A stretch of 64,000 nt of DNA from assembly GCA_002269645.1 (NCBI GenBank), contig NIVC01000010.1, positions 558,001 to 622,000 on the forward strand. Reading direction: 5' to 3'. This document shows, piece by piece, positions 24,168 to 44,340 of the stretch; position 1 is the first letter of the stretch, and the number at the start of each line of letters is the position of its first letter. A program made the position numbers and the translations under genes. The notes beneath the pieces were generated by a model. The model had not been told where the DNA came from. It made no database searches and saw only the letters and a list, made by a program, of their open reading frames with translations. The stretch is from Macrostomum lignano. Taxonomy: Eukaryota.

Positions 24168-24499
24168 GGCTAGAGATTAGCACGCTTTGGTAGGGGATAT
24201 TGTTAAATTGAAAACCGAGCGCTCTGGTAAATATTCTTGGCTTATATAGCTAGAATTGAGAGAACCAGCCTCCGACATCTTACACCTGCCGGATTGGCTG
24301 GCACTGATGGCTGACCAATCAGCTTATTCGTTCTATATATTTTCCAGCTAACTACTTACAGTAGTTATCCAGAGTAATTCGGTCAATGTCTTGGACTCAA
24401 TTGCGTGGAAAGTTACGGTTTTTTAAATAAAATTATAGTTGTGGGCAAGTATACAATAAATTTGACGCATGGAACAATGCGAGCATGGTTTTTGATGCG

Positions 24500-25225
24500 T
24501 GGAGAGAGGGACAAGGGAGAGAGGAGAAAGAGAGTGAGGAAAAGGGAGAGAAAAAAGAGAAGAAAGGGAGGCGTGAGGAGGAGGGAGGAAAAGTGAGGAG
24601 AGGGAGAAGGAGAGGGAGGAGAGGGGGAGATGGAGGGAGAGAGAGGAGAGCGAGAGGGAGAGGGAGAGGGAGGAGAGGGAGAGGGAGAGGGAGAGGGAGA
24701 GGAGAGGGAGAGGGAGGAGAGCGAGAGGGAGAGGGAGAGGGAGAGGGAGGAGAGCGAGAGGGAGAGGGAGGAGAGCGAGAGGGAGAGGGAGGAGAGCGAG
24801 AGGGAGAGGGAGGAGAGCGAGAGGAAGAGAGAGGGGAGGAAGAGGGAGGAGAGCGAGAGGGAGAGGAAGGAGAGCGAGAGGGAGAGGGAGGAGAGGGAGA
24901 GGGAGAGGGAGGAGAGCGAGAGGGAGAGGGAGAGGGAGAGGAGAGGAGAGGGAGAGGGAGAGGAGAGGGAGAGGGAGGAGAGCGAGAGGGAGAGGGAGAG
25001 GGAGAGGGAGGAGAGCGAGAGGGAGAGGGAGGAGAGCGAGAGGGAGAGGGAGGAGAGCGAGAGGGAGAGGGAGGAGAGCGAGAGGGAGAGGGAGGAGAGC
25101 GAGAGGGAGAGGGAGGAGAGCGAGAGGGAGAGGGAGGAGAGGGAGAGGGAGGAGAGGGAGAGGGAGGAGAGGGAGAGGGATAGGGAGGAGAGGGAGAGGG
25201 AGAGGGAGAAGGGGAAAGAATAGGA
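24500..25225. repeat. GA-rich polypurine tract
   Basis: (GAGAGGGAG)n-like, just upstream of the GPCR start. Confidence 0.95.
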
Positions 25226-26254
25226 GCTGGGAGCGGGAGAAGACAGCAGACAGTTAAATATTCCCATAGGTCAATTTCAATTCGAGTAAAACAAAATAAA
25301 ACTTCAAATTTCACCTTTAATAAAAGCTCAACATGTGAAGCTCAAGCTGAAAGTACAAGTCCCTAGAATCTGTTTGTATATTAGTTGTTGACAAAAGTGC
25401 TAATGAATACAAAACAATAAGGCGAAAGATTTGTTGTTAATACAATTTTTAGCTTTTCAGCTTCTTTTCATAAAGGAAAGTTCGAGCACATGTTAGAAAC
25501 TATAAATACGCAGATATGCTACTCGCTATTAGTAGTTTTAGACACGTTTACGAAAACAAACAATTTGAACAGCAAATCTGGTAAATCAGATTGAAACAAA
25601 TTTGCTGAAAATGAGTAAATTAGTCAAGGTTATTAAAATTAAAAAAATTAAGATAACAGAATATAAAGTTTTAAAAAAAGCTTCTATCTGAGCATCTACT
25701 AGAGCAAACCGGTGTTGATAAACAAATATTTAAAAAGGCAAGACATACTATTGGCTACAAAGAGAATCTGATTTGTGCGTTTTGCGTTAACTAAAGAGAA
25801 AGCCACAATGGATAATTCTATATTTTCAAATTAAATAGAAAATAACAACAAATATAGCAGTGAGCAGTTATGTTTACTCAACAATGGAACAACCAGCTTG
25901 GACAACAAAATGTTTATTTTTTAAAAAATCCTCTCCGGCTGACAAGCAACCGTTTTTTGGAAACTGACTTTGAAATCTTTTTAAAAACTACTTACTAAAA
26001 ATTACTCGTAAATTGTGCAAAAAGTGCCGCTTTGAAGACTTTTTGATGTACATGTGGCGCCGATTCGAGGCGCTAAAACAAGACAGTTTTTTCTGTGGCG
26101 CCGATTCGAGGCGCTAAAAAGTTTCCAATGTGGCGCCGACTTAAGGCGCTAAATTATCTCCAAATACAGGGCAAAGAGGGAGTACATCTCCTTCAATTAA
26201 AGATTGTCCCGACATAAAATCCCCCCAGTCTTCTGCCAGCCCGAGCCAATCTAC

Positions 26255-28375
26255 TCATCGCGTACCCAGCAGTTGAGCAGTTCTCAACTGCGGCAGATCC
26301 GGATAGGCTCGATCGATTCGATTATTCGAGTATTTCCATCGATTATGGCCGGCATAGGGGATGAGCGACTGGCCGAGGGCCTCCGTGCTGATGGACTCGG
26401 GCGGCAGCGGGGCGAAGTCGGCTGTGCAGGTCGGCGGCTCGGCGATGCACAGCTCCGGGTGCGTGTGGCACCGGCGGAATCGGCGAAAAATGGCGGGCAT
26501 CACCGGCTCACAGACTGGCGCGTACGATGTCGAATGCGTAGTGCGATAGTCGTAGCCGTATCTGGTGCCGTCCTCGTGGCGCAGGTAGTCGGATCTCGAG
26601 CGGCCGCCTTCGCCGACGCCGTCGCCCAGTTGACGTTCAAATCGCATTAGCCGCTTGCCGAGAGTTCGTTCGCCGCGCGACTGCAGTTTTTTATCGATTT
26701 TTTTTGGTATTTACAAATTTAGATTGTCACTTTCTTGTATTTCTACTTTCAGTAACTTATTGGCTTAGAAAAAATCTAAAAAAACTACTTAAAATCCAAA
26801 TACACATTAAATACGCAATTCACTCATGGAGTGAATGACGTACCTTTAAAAAATTCATTATTGTAGAATAGTATAATATTTAATTAGCCCCACAAATTCG
26901 AAGTGCCCACTATCATAGTGTATTACATGCTCGTGTATCTAGCTTAAGTTTCTAGTAGAACATCTAATAATAAACTCTAAATAGCAAAACATTTATAGTG
27001 ACGTACGAGTATAATAAACACATTGTGAAGCGCGTATTTTAACATGAGCAGCAAGTTACACGTATTGTGCGCGGTATACAATCAGTTATACAAGAATGTC
27101 TTACAGGTGCATAATATATTCAGTACATGCAAAAATGACCATTTTATGGTGAATATCATAATATTTATTATTAAATTGCTTTTCGATTTCATAACAAAGT
27201 ATCTTACCAGAGAGAATTGCTGCATTTGGTCTAAAATCAGTCAGAGTCAAGTTATAGTTTATTGATAAAAAACCTCATATGCTCGTATATATGACTCAAT
27301 GTAGCGTTTGGGAACTTTAAATGCACTTTAATTTTATGTACTAAATGCAAAAAACGTAGAACTCACCTGGCCGAAATAGACTCCATGACCTTGGAATGCG
27401 TGCCGATTGTCGTGATCAGTGAATGAATTCTGATATTTGAACACCGGCGCCTTCAAAATTAATGTCAGAGTGGATCAGGCATTACAAGCATGCTATCGAT
27501 ATTTACATTTTTTGTACTTTTATCTGACCCTACCTAACAAGCTACTCTCTCGGTCATCATTAAGTTCAACAACCACCCCACCCCACACTTATACCCACCC
27601 ACTCCGCTAAAGTCAATGTCACTACCCACCCCACTCCGCTAAAGTCAAGGTCAACAACCACCCAACTCTGCTAAAGTCAAGCTCAACAACCACCCAACTC
27701 CGCTAAAGTCAAGCTCAACAACCACCCCACTCCGCTAAAGTCAAGGTCACTACCCACCCCACTCCGCTATGCTCATATAGTCAAGGTCACCACCCCACTC
27801 CGCTAAGTCAAGGTCACCAACCACCCCATTCCACCAACCAGCAGCCCACTCCCTTCTTTAAAGTCAAGGTCACCAACAAGTTCAAGGTTATATACTCTCT
27901 TTAAGGTTGAAGGTCCCCCATCATTCAAGGCCACACGCTCTCACCTGATGATTAATCCTAGTATAGAACACCCTGGGCATGTTGGTGGACACCTTGCTAA
28001 TGTTGCGCTTATCAAACGGCGCCTCCTGCATGTCCCGAGTCGACGTACGGCTGCGCAAATCACGGCTGGGCTCTGCGGCTTCGACATCCGGCTTGTGCGA
28101 GTACTGATCGGGGGCGAGGGTTGGAGTGGGTGTTTGTTGCTATTGAGCCTCACTGTGCCTACGTTTAGCCACCAGTTTGACTGTGTCAAAATTATCAATG
28201 TGGGGTGGCAAAACTTTTAGTTCCATCTGACGATTGGATGGCGTCAACATTATTTATTTGATATGATAACGTCAAATAATTATTAATAGTAAGACAGAGG
28301 CAAGCAGTAAAACAAAGATCTTACCCATCTTTTACTCGACCCCGAATTCGTAGTGTAACTCGGCGCCTTAGGCAT
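26255..28375 (-). CDS. TEX36: TEX36-like protein (HDNR-motif family, ~232 aa); exons 28375-28325, 28103-27945, 27429-27367, 26680-26255
   Basis: Phase-0 GT-AG joins give MPKAPSYTTNSGSSKRW|YSHKP...MPRVFYTRINHQ|NSFTDHDNRHAFQGHGVYFGQ|SRG...AIFRRFRRCH. The RW, HDNRH and FRRFxRC motifs match TEX36 as I recall it. Confidence 0.78.
27575..27880. repeat. ~31-bp minisatellite (caaccaccccactccgctaaagtcaaggtca) in TEX36 intron 2
   Basis: About 8 degenerate copies. Confidence 0.85.
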
Positions 28376-29240
28376 GCTGAAATGAACAAAAAAATAATAT
28401 GTGTTACTGCTGAGTAGAGTATGGAGCTTAAAGATTTTAAAGTTTATCTGTTTGATAGCCTAATTTTTCTTGCAAATTGATTGACGAATAAACTTCGTTT
28501 TGATAGATTTAATTATATAAACAAAAGGAAATAAATCAAATCAGTAACTTTATAGTCATAAATTGATACAATCTTAAAACGTTGTTACTATTGATATATA
28601 TTAGTTACATTGTTCTCAATTTTATTTATAGACATATATAAATAGTTTTCCTACAATTATTATTGTTATAATGATTACTGTTATCGGTGTAAAATTAAGA
28701 AATTCAAGTAGAAACAATTATTAATATTCGTTATTCAAATGATCATTAATCTTTTAAAATTAAAAATACTTATTATCAGTGCTTCTTTTCGACGGAGATA
28801 GAAAATGTGATATTTTGTAATTAGTAAAATTAATGAACAGAATCGAAAAAAATTCGAAACTAGATCAAAGGATCGCAAAAATTATTAGAAAAGTTAAAAC
28901 AAAAGTGGCTCAAATTTTGGAAGCTAGACGAAGTTTTTTAAAAAATTAACGGAGCTGCTGAGCAAACAGAGAGGAAGCTGCTGCAAATGGAATAAATAGT
29001 GCTGTTTGGGAGCAGCTACGGGGTTCATTGTCATATTGTCAAAGTTAACCATAGATGTATAAAAGTACGGAAAAATTAGGCAAAGCATCGGACTTAAAAA
29101 AGCTGTCTGTACTTCAAAAAAATTTCGTTGAAGGAACACAATTTTCGCTGAGTGCAACGTACGGAAGTCAAAAAAACGATAAAACATTAATAAATCGAGT
29201 ATAGCAATGCCAGCTTCTTGAATATGCACAATAATTAAGC

Positions 29241-36141
<6,901 letters not shown>

Positions 36142-37590
36142 GCTTCATGCAAAAAGGTATTGATGTAAGCAGAAAATTTACGCTTAGATTTAGTTAATCG
36201 GGGACATCGATGTATGCATCTGATTACAATTATAAAACAAAAGAATTTAAGTCGATTCCATTGCTTTGTTTGGATGGATGGAATTGAAAAAAAAAGCTCA
36301 TCAGCAGTTACAGATGCACTTTTCAAATGAACGTTTTTTAGAAGAACTCGCGAGTCGTGATTCAAATGTACTACTAAAACCTAATCCATACAAAAAATAA
36401 TGAATATACTTCTGACTGGAAAACAAGTCATGGAAAAGTTTTTGTTCTATACATGGATATTCTTGACTCTTTATTCTTTAGAAATGTGCATTGTAACACT
36501 GAATATTCCTAAAATTCAGATTAAGTGCATTTTATATAAATAAAACTATAGTAAGTTAAAAGCGTAAAAGGAAGTAAATTTAATTATCGATTATCATAGA
36601 TACTAAATGAATACTAAAGTGATTGAGTTTCTAACTTAAGTTTGATTTTGATTCCGTTCCTCCATCATCCTAGGTACTAAACTTAAATATAAGCGACTGA
36701 AAATGAATAAGGATAAGTCCGCATCGCCATGTCTATAATTTCTAATCAACATATACTAATTTAGTAATTTCCCTTATAATAAGCTAGGAAAGATGCACAA
36801 GCAATGACCTATAGATAACAATAACCATATCATGAAAATATCTTCATAGTTTTCATTTAAATCATGAAACGAAGCTTATCCTCTCCATGAATTGTAAAAC
36901 GTATTTGTATCTAAAGAGAGTCTTTCCGTTTTAAAATACAATTTTTAGCAAGCAAAATGTATTTACAAAGGCTTAATATTTAAAATAGCAAGCGATTAGC
37001 AAACTATTTTGTTATCATAGGCGTCACGGCATAATGTGAGTTTTTAAAATGCGAATTGTTGCGCTTCATTTTTTCGGTAAGCCGCCGCCGCGTAGTACGG
37101 TAGTGTAGGCCTAGGTATCACATTTTCTAAGCGAGCGCGTGTTGTGTTAGTCTGATTCGTCAGATAATGATTAGCTGCAACTGACCTAACACATGCTTAG
37201 CATTAATTGGATTCTTCATACATGTAGATATATGCTATAGCCTATACCAACCCAGACTCCCAGACTGACTGACTGACCCTCGGGACTTGGAATGAGAAGT
37301 TGACATGTCGGCTGTCGCTGTCGGCGCTGTCGCCTGTCGGTCAACTTTTTTAGCTTCAAATTCTATGCAAAGCAAAGACAAATTAATCATTATTGCTTTC
37401 ATACTGTGGGGATAAGCACTGCCATTTTGAAATGGTAAAATCTAGCAAATGTCAAGTAGTTTTAGTGTTATTAAACAAACATGGTTGCATATGTGCTCTT
37501 TTAGTTATTATTCTAGTTCTGGAGCAAGCTGTAATCTATATCATAGCGGACTCGAAGACAATCTACTATCTATAAACAATTTGCATCTTG

Positions 37591-37687
37591 TCAAGAAATT
37601 TGAGACAAGACAAGATCAAGATGCAATTCTAATATCTAATTTTTTTTAGATTTATTGTCCCATCTTGTCTTGTCTTGAATTTCTTGA
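37591..37687. repeat. 26-bp inverted repeat (possible foldback/MITE remnant)
   Basis: tcaagaaatttgagacaagacaagat (37591-37616) versus the reverse complement of 37662-37687; 24/26 identical. Confidence 0.6.
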
Positions 37688-39113
37688 TTTATAAGCATCT
37701 TGTCTCAAATAAAATCTTAAATTTTGATAGCTCTGACTAAGAAATCTATATATAAGCCTATTTCTAAATTTATTTATTCTACTCCTATTAGCCTAAATGA
37801 CACTAGTATAGTTTTGTTTGCCATTTTTTAAATTTAGCTAAGCTAAGAATTTTAATTTTATTTTCTTTCTCTTAGAAGTGCATTGAACTGTTATAAGATG
37901 TAAAACATTTGTTGGTTTGTTTATACCTATAAGCATAACTGTAAACTAGAAAATGAGTTTGGATATGTTATGGATCAATTGCTACTAGTATTAATGATAG
38001 ATCCAGTATAGGATATTAGCAAATGCTGCTTTTGGATCTCCATGCACACATTGCTAAATATGCTTATAACTTTTTGCTTAAAAAAGATCTGGTAAAAATG
38101 CTTTCTGGTATTCCTCTCCCCTCACTCAGCAACTATTAGATACCACCCCTTTAGGCCATTGATAACTCACAAGGTAGACTTTTTTGCCATATTAGCGTTA
38201 TCACGCCAATCCTTGATTCAAATCCTTTCACTGATGTAAATTTGAATGAAAAATAATTTGTGAAATATTGTTGACCAATGTGACTATGATATTGAAATGT
38301 TGTCAACATTATCAGTCATCAAAACTGGCATAAATTCAAAAGAAAAAAAATTGCTAATAAAACTGCACTAGTGCCTCCAAGTTATATATAAAAATTTTGT
38401 TAATAGATTATTATAAATTATAGATATTTCTAGAATAATATATCTAGAAATATTTCTTTGTATATTTTAGTACTAATTCAATAGGGCTTATTCATAAAAT
38501 GGTTTAGATATAGGTAATATGACAAACCTAGAAGAATAAGAGTATATCCTAAAAGAGAAATATTAGTCTAGAAAAGTGAAGTTAGTAGTCTAAACATGAC
38601 TATACATGTGCTACATCTAGCTAAGCCAGTTAATCTAACTAGCTAGCATAGGGCCTAGACAAACTGCAAAGTTAGTCACAAAAAATTCCCATTAATCCCA
38701 CCCAAAAATACCAATGTAGTAGACAATTTATCCCGAGTTATACAGTCATAGTTGCTCTTGCTTTTTTATCCAAAATTATATACAGAATCAGAGGTTGCAC
38801 AAAATATGGACTTGACTGCTAGACTGGGCTTCAAAAGGACAATTATCAAATAAAAGGAAAATAATTCTTGCATAATGCCATGTTGTCAGCCATTTTAGAC
38901 CTATTGGGCATAGTACTTATTATTAGTGCTGTAAATATTAACTTTTATTTTAGTTAGAATTTTTTAGCATATGTGTATCTATAACTAATTGTAATTTCTT
39001 AAACTACCATCAGTCAAGCCAGCTTGTAGAGAGTAATATATGCATTCAGTTATAATTGTTATTTAAAAATCACTCATGAACCCTAACCAATTAGCTCTAA
39101 GAACAGAAGCAAA

Positions 39114-41891
39114 ATGGACGCAAAAAAGTTTCTGGAACTGCAAGGCCAAATTAAGCAGAACAATCAGGATTACTTGGAGTTTGTCAGCGAGCTGGACTCT
39201 TGGAAGGCCGAGCTCGATAAGAAACGCGAAAAATCTCTGCTGAATTCGCAGCAGCAGCAGCAGCAGCAACAGAATGGCTCCAGCGAGAATCTGCCCCCAG
39301 TCAGAAACAGTCTAATGAAGAAAAAGTACAAGAAGAAGCCCAAAAGCAAGCAGGAAACTTCTGAGCAGCAGCAACAACAGAAGAAGAAGATTGCAGCCTA
39401 CGATTATAAGGCTTGGGATAAATTCGATGTTGACAAAGCTTGCGAAGAGGTTGACGCCGCGAAGCCAGCCTCCGATGAGGAATACGAAACTGATGAAGAA
39501 TGGGAAGAGGAGCGACGAAAGCAGCTGGCAGAGTCAAAGAAAGCTGCTGGCAATGAGGCTTTTAAAGCTGGCAAATTTGAAGAGGCAGTTGAGTTGTACA
39601 CCAAAGCGACTCAGTTGAATCCCGAGTCTGCTGTGTACTTTTCTAATCGAGCGATGGCGCTGTTGAAACTGGAGCGATTTGCAGCCGCTGAGGCCGACTG
39701 CTGTTCTGCCCTGGAATTGGATGCCAAAATTGTTAAAGCTTATTACAGGTGGGCTTATTACATACTAAACATATTTAGTTACAAGAATTGCTACTAAATT
39801 GTCATTGCAAGCAGCTTAGTAGTGACTCTAGCGACTCTGGGGGCGACTCTTATAACTTTTTAACGACTCAAACAACTGTAATGCGACGGCGACTGTTGAG
39901 TCACGAGCGCGTAACGCAAGTTTCAGAATCGTAAAAAGGAGTCGCGTAAAAGTCGTTACAGTGTAGTTGGTAGCTAAGCCTGTTAAGATATTTGGTAGCT
40001 AAGCCTGTTTAGATATTTGGTAGCTAAGCCTGTTTAGATATTTGGTAGCTAAGCCTGTTTAGATATTTGGTAGCTAAGCCTGTTTAGATATTTGGTAGCT
40101 AAGCCTGTTTAGATATTTGGTAGCTAAGCCTGTTTAGATATTTGGTAGCTAAGCCTGTTTAGATATTTGGTAGCTAAGCCTGTTTAGATATTTGGTAGCT
40201 AAGCCTGTTTAGATATTTGGTAGCTAAGCCTGTTTAGATATTTGGTAGCTAAGCCTGTTTAGATATTTGGTAGCTAAGCCTGTTTAGATATTTGGTAGCT
40301 AAGCCTGTTTAGATATTTGGTAGCTAAGCCTGTTTAGATATTTGGTAGCTAAGCCTGTTTAGATATTTGGTAGCTAAGCCAGGTTAGATATTGGTAGATA
40401 ATCCAGGTATACAAGGTTGACATATCCTTGCTGTTGCTGTTAGCAAAAGCTCCATGGCCTTCAGCACCGAATTCTCTCCACAGACGCGGCCAGGCGCGCC
40501 AGAAACTCGGCAAGCTGCCAGACGCTCTGCGCGACTTAGAAGAGGCCCTGGCCCTGGAGCCCAACAACAAAGCGTTGCAATCGGAGGTGAAACAGCTTCG
40601 AATAGATTTGCACCCGGAGAAATACGCCACCGGAGAGGTGGAACCAATATTTGATAAGCCAGTTAGCCAGAGATCTAAAAAGCCGCTAGTTCGTGTACCG
40701 ATTCAAGAGGTGTCCTCGGCCAAATCGGCCCAGGTAACACCTGTTGCTACGGCGACTTCAGAACGTACGGCGAAGGATGAATCGAAAACGGTTCAGACGG
40801 AGCAGCCAGTATTAACTGCTGCTGATCAAAGTTCAGCTCAGTCTGGAGTGACACTGTAAGCTGGATTATTGTCTTCAAGTTTCTCTCAAAACAGTTTTGT
40901 ATTCAGTAGTTAATCAATCTACCAACAGTCTTTCTCTGTAAAATAAGCTTACTAGCCTCCACTGTTAGAATAAGCTTCCACTATAGTAGAATAAGCTTCC
41001 ACTGTAGTAGAATAAGCTTCCACTGTAGTAGAATAAGCTTCCACTGTAGTAGAATAAGCTTCCACTGTAGTAGAATAAGCTTCCACTGTAGTAGAATAAG
41101 CTTCCACTGTAGTAGAATAAGCTTCCACTGTAGTAGAATAAGCTTCCACTGTAGTAGAATAAGCTTCCACTGTAATACAATAAGCTTCCACTGTAATACA
41201 ATAAGCTTCCACTGTAATACAAAAAGCTTCCACTGTGGTAGAATAAGCTTCCACTGTAATACAATAGGCTTCCAGTTTCCCCTATCGAAGGCTTCCACTA
41301 TGAAATCAAAGCTTTGATCTTCCATCTGTACAAAAGTTTTCAGTGCAAGATTTTATATTTTCATTCCAAAAGAGAAAGTAAAGATTTTAAACTTTACTTT
41401 GCTTACCTTCGCCAATTTCCAGCCCGTCATCCAGCAAGCCGCCAGCTGCCCAGCAGACTCAGCCGGAGCCGCTGCCTACGCCTCCAGAGACGCCCTACCA
41501 GTTCAAGTCGGCCTACCGCAGCCTGGGCCGCCGCGATCCGCTAGCATTCTGCACCAGCGTGCTGTGCGCCGTGCCGCCAGACCGGCTTCCGGCTCTGATC
41601 GGCGAATCCTTGGAATCCGACGCCCTGCTGGACATGGCCGGCGCTTTCCAGGCTGGCCTGAGCGCCGATCCGGCTATCGCGCCCAGGGTCTACCAGTGCC
41701 TGCGGCTCATCGCTGACAGGGTCAGGCGGTTCGCCACCTGCGTTGCATTTCTCAGCTCCGGCGAGCTGGGTCGGCTGGCCCAGCTGATCAGTCAGCTGGC
41801 TGGCCTGCTGCAGCCTCTGACCGCTGCTGGCGATGCTCAGTACGATTTGACACGGCTGGCCGCTGCCTATGGCGTTCCCCATGCTGTTTGA
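39114..41891 (+). CDS. RPAP3: RNA polymerase II-associated protein 3 (RPAP3/Spaghetti; R2TP co-chaperone), ~491 aa; exons 39114-39748, 40484-40855, 41423-41891
   Basis: N-terminal ELQGQIKQNNQDYLEFVSELDSW and IAAYDYKAWDKFDVD; TPR set KAAGNEAFKAG...SNRAMALLKL...KAYYRRGQAR; C-terminal PETPYQFKSAYRSL like the RPAP3_C domain. Phase-2 GT-AG joins. Confidence 0.92.
39968..40380. repeat. 25-bp minisatellite (ttggtagctaagcctgtttagatat)
   Basis: About 16 near-perfect copies, RPAP3 intron 1. Confidence 0.97.
40955..41270. repeat. 21-bp minisatellite (tagaataagcttccactgtag)
   Basis: RPAP3 intron 2. Confidence 0.95.
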
Positions 41892-41934
41892 CTCACGCCC
41901 GGCTTTGGCTTCTGATTGGCTGACTGTGTAGCCC

Positions 41935-42285
41935 TGCTGTCCCTCTCACGTCTCTCTCCTCTCACGTCTCTCTCCTCTCCCGTCTCTCTCCTCTCACGTC
42001 TCTCTCCTCTCACGTCTCTCTCCTCTCACGTCTCTCTCCTCTCCCGTCTCTCTCCTCTCCCGTCTCTCTCCTCTCCCGTCTCTCTCCTCTCCCTTCTCTC
42101 TCCTCTCACGTCTCTCTCCTCTTCCTTCTCTCTCCTCTCACTTCTCTCTCTGCCTGTCCATCTCCCTCTCCTCTCCCGTCTCTCTCTCCTCTCCCGTCTC
42201 TCTCTCCTCTCCCGTCTCTCTCTCCTCTCCCGTCTCTCTATTCTCCCTCTTCTCTCCCATCTCTCCTCTATGCCTCTCCCTCCTT
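41935..42285. repeat. CT-rich repeat (ctctctcctctcacgt)
   Basis: Between RPAP3 and TMEM41B. Confidence 0.92.
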
Positions 42286-42623
42286 TTCAATTATAATGGA
42301 AACTTCTTTTTTCGTTCTGTTTCGTCTGATCTGATTTGAAATTGCCAACGAGTTTGCTATTTATATCGTAATTTTATACAAAACACAACTATAAATTGAA
42401 GTACAAAGTACAAAGTAAAAAGTGTGCCTTTTTATAATGCCCAGTTTTTATACGGTTAATTCAGCAAATTTTCATTTCTATATTTACTACTGATAGGCGC
42501 CTGTACTTTTAACTTCAAACAGCTAAGCGCCAATTCTGTACCAATTTCTGTCCTGTTGGCAACCGGCATCATTAAGCACAGTACGATAATTGATTTAATA
42601 TCAGTAACAAAGAACATAGAGAG

Positions 42624-43592
42624 ATGCCTAAATCTTCCAAACCCAATTCTGTCGAGTCAAACGCCAAAGATAATAACAAAAAAGTGAACAGTGAAAGCAT
42701 CGTTGGTGGAGAAGCTATTTCTGACTCTACTACTAGTTACAGTAGTAGTAGAAGACGAACATTCGGCGTGACGCCTCGCGATCCAATTCATTCCGAGCCA
42801 GCCGATGAAGCGAACAGTTCGGCTGCAGCTTCAGCTGCGTACGTCTATAGAAAGGGCGACACTCGCAGAGCTGTCCTGTGGCTTGGCGCCATCTTTTCCA
42901 TAGCCTTGCTTCTCATGTACATCGTCTATTTAAGCATGCCGCCATTCACAGCCGAGGAGAGTCAATTGCTTCGATTGCCGTCAACACTTGACGATGCCAA
43001 ACAATTAGGCAATCTGTTGTACAAGTACAAGAGTACTTACTTTGCTCAGGTGCTAATTGGCCTGGCTATTACCTACGTGTTTCTGCAGACATTTGCTATA
43101 CCTGGATCAATCTTTCTAAGCATATTGTCGGGTTATTTGTTTCCTCTGCCGCTAGCTTTGACTCTGGTTTGCACCTGTTCAGCTATTGGCGCTTCGTTCT
43201 GCTATCTGCTGTCTTACCTGGCATTGAGACCGCTGCTTCATAAATATGTTGCTAATAGAATATCCAGTTGGGCAACCGAGGTAGCTAAGCATCGCGAGCA
43301 CCTGTTCAACTATATAATGTTTCTAAGAATAACTCCTTTCCTCCCTAATTGGTTTATTAATTTAGCCTCGCCGATAGTCGGCGTGTCGCTAGTGCCATTT
43401 TTTATCGGCACATTCTTTGGCGTAATGCCGCCATCTGTCTTTGCTATTCAAGGTGGGCAGACTTTGCAAAAATTGGCGTCAACATCTGAGACCGTCACGT
43501 GGCGCAGTGTCTCCATACTTGCTGTACTGGCCCTGCTGGCCATTGCTCCGGCTGTGTTTAAAAACCGATTGAAACAGAGGCTTAAGTTTTAA
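42624..43592 (+). CDS. TMEM41B: Transmembrane protein 41B (stasimon; VTT/DedA family scramblase), single exon, 322 aa
   Basis: YVFLQTFAIPGSIFLSILSGYLF, LVCTCSAIGASFCYLLS, FLRITPFLPNWFINLASP, FFIGTFFGVMPPS. Confidence 0.96.
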   Translation: MPKSSKPNSVESNAKDNNKKVNSESIVGGEAISDSTTSYSSSRRRTFGVTPRDPIHSEPADEANSSAAASAAYVYRKGDTRRAVLWLGAIFSIALLLMYIVYLSMPPFTAEESQLLRLPSTLDDAKQLGNLLYKYKSTYFAQVLIGLAITYVFLQTFAIPGSIFLSILSGYLFPLPLALTLVCTCSAIGASFCYLLSYLALRPLLHKYVANRISSWATEVAKHREHLFNYIMFLRITPFLPNWFINLASPIVGVSLVPFFIGTFFGVMPPSVFAIQGGQTLQKLASTSETVTWRSVSILAVLALLAIAPAVFKNRLKQRLKF

Positions 43593-43679
43593 TTTGGTCC
43601 TGTTGTCCGCCTTGATTCGACTCTGATATTGATTATGTCGTAACTTTCTGTCAACGTAGTTTAAACGCTTTCAATTTTG

Positions 43680-44340
43680 AAGAGGACAGTCCCGTCTTTT
43701 GAAATGGACAATGTGTCTTTAAACTTGACAGTCCCGTCTCTGAACTGGACAGTCCCGTCTCTGAAATAGACAGTCCCGTCTCTGAACTGGACAGTCCCGT
43801 CTCTTAACTGGACAGTCCCGTCTCTGAACTTGACAGTCCCGTCTCTGAACTGGACAGTCCCGTCTCTGAAATAGACAGTCCCGTCCCTGAACTTGACAGT
43901 CCCGTCTCTTAACTGGACAGTCCCGTCTCTGAACTTGACAGTCCCGTCTCTGAACTGGACAGTCCCGTCTCTGAAATAGACAGTCCCGTCCCTGAACTGG
44001 ACCGTCTCGTCTCTGAAATAGACAGTCCCGTCCCTGAACTGGACAGTCCCGTCTCCGGAATGGACAGTGACGTCTCCGGAATGGACAGTCCCGTCTCTGA
44101 ACTAGACAGTCCCGTCTCTGAACTAGACAGTCCCGTCTCTGAACTAGACAGTCTTGTCTTTGAACTAGACAGTCCTGTCTCTGAACTGTACAGTCCCGTC
44201 TCTGAAATAGACAGTCCCGTCTCTGAACTGGACCGTCCCGTCTCTGAACTAGACAGTCCTGTCTCTGAACTGGACCGTCTCGTCTCTAAAATAGATAGTC
44301 CCTGAGTACCGTCTCTTAACTGGACACAGTGGACAGTCAA
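43680..44340. repeat. 21-bp minisatellite (gacagtcccgtctctgaactg)
   Basis: About 30 copies downstream of TMEM41B. Confidence 0.95.

Noticed and set aside
36400-38950. Cryptic multi-microexon gene on the minus strand between TTC30 and RPAP3
   Set aside because: Scattered short open segments with plausible splice sites (e.g. near 38190-38230 and 37990-38060), but I could not chain them in phase or recognise a protein. RNA-seq is needed.
39825-39965. MITE in RPAP3 intron 1 (GACTC/GAGTC-rich)
   Set aside because: No convincing TIR pair or TSD.
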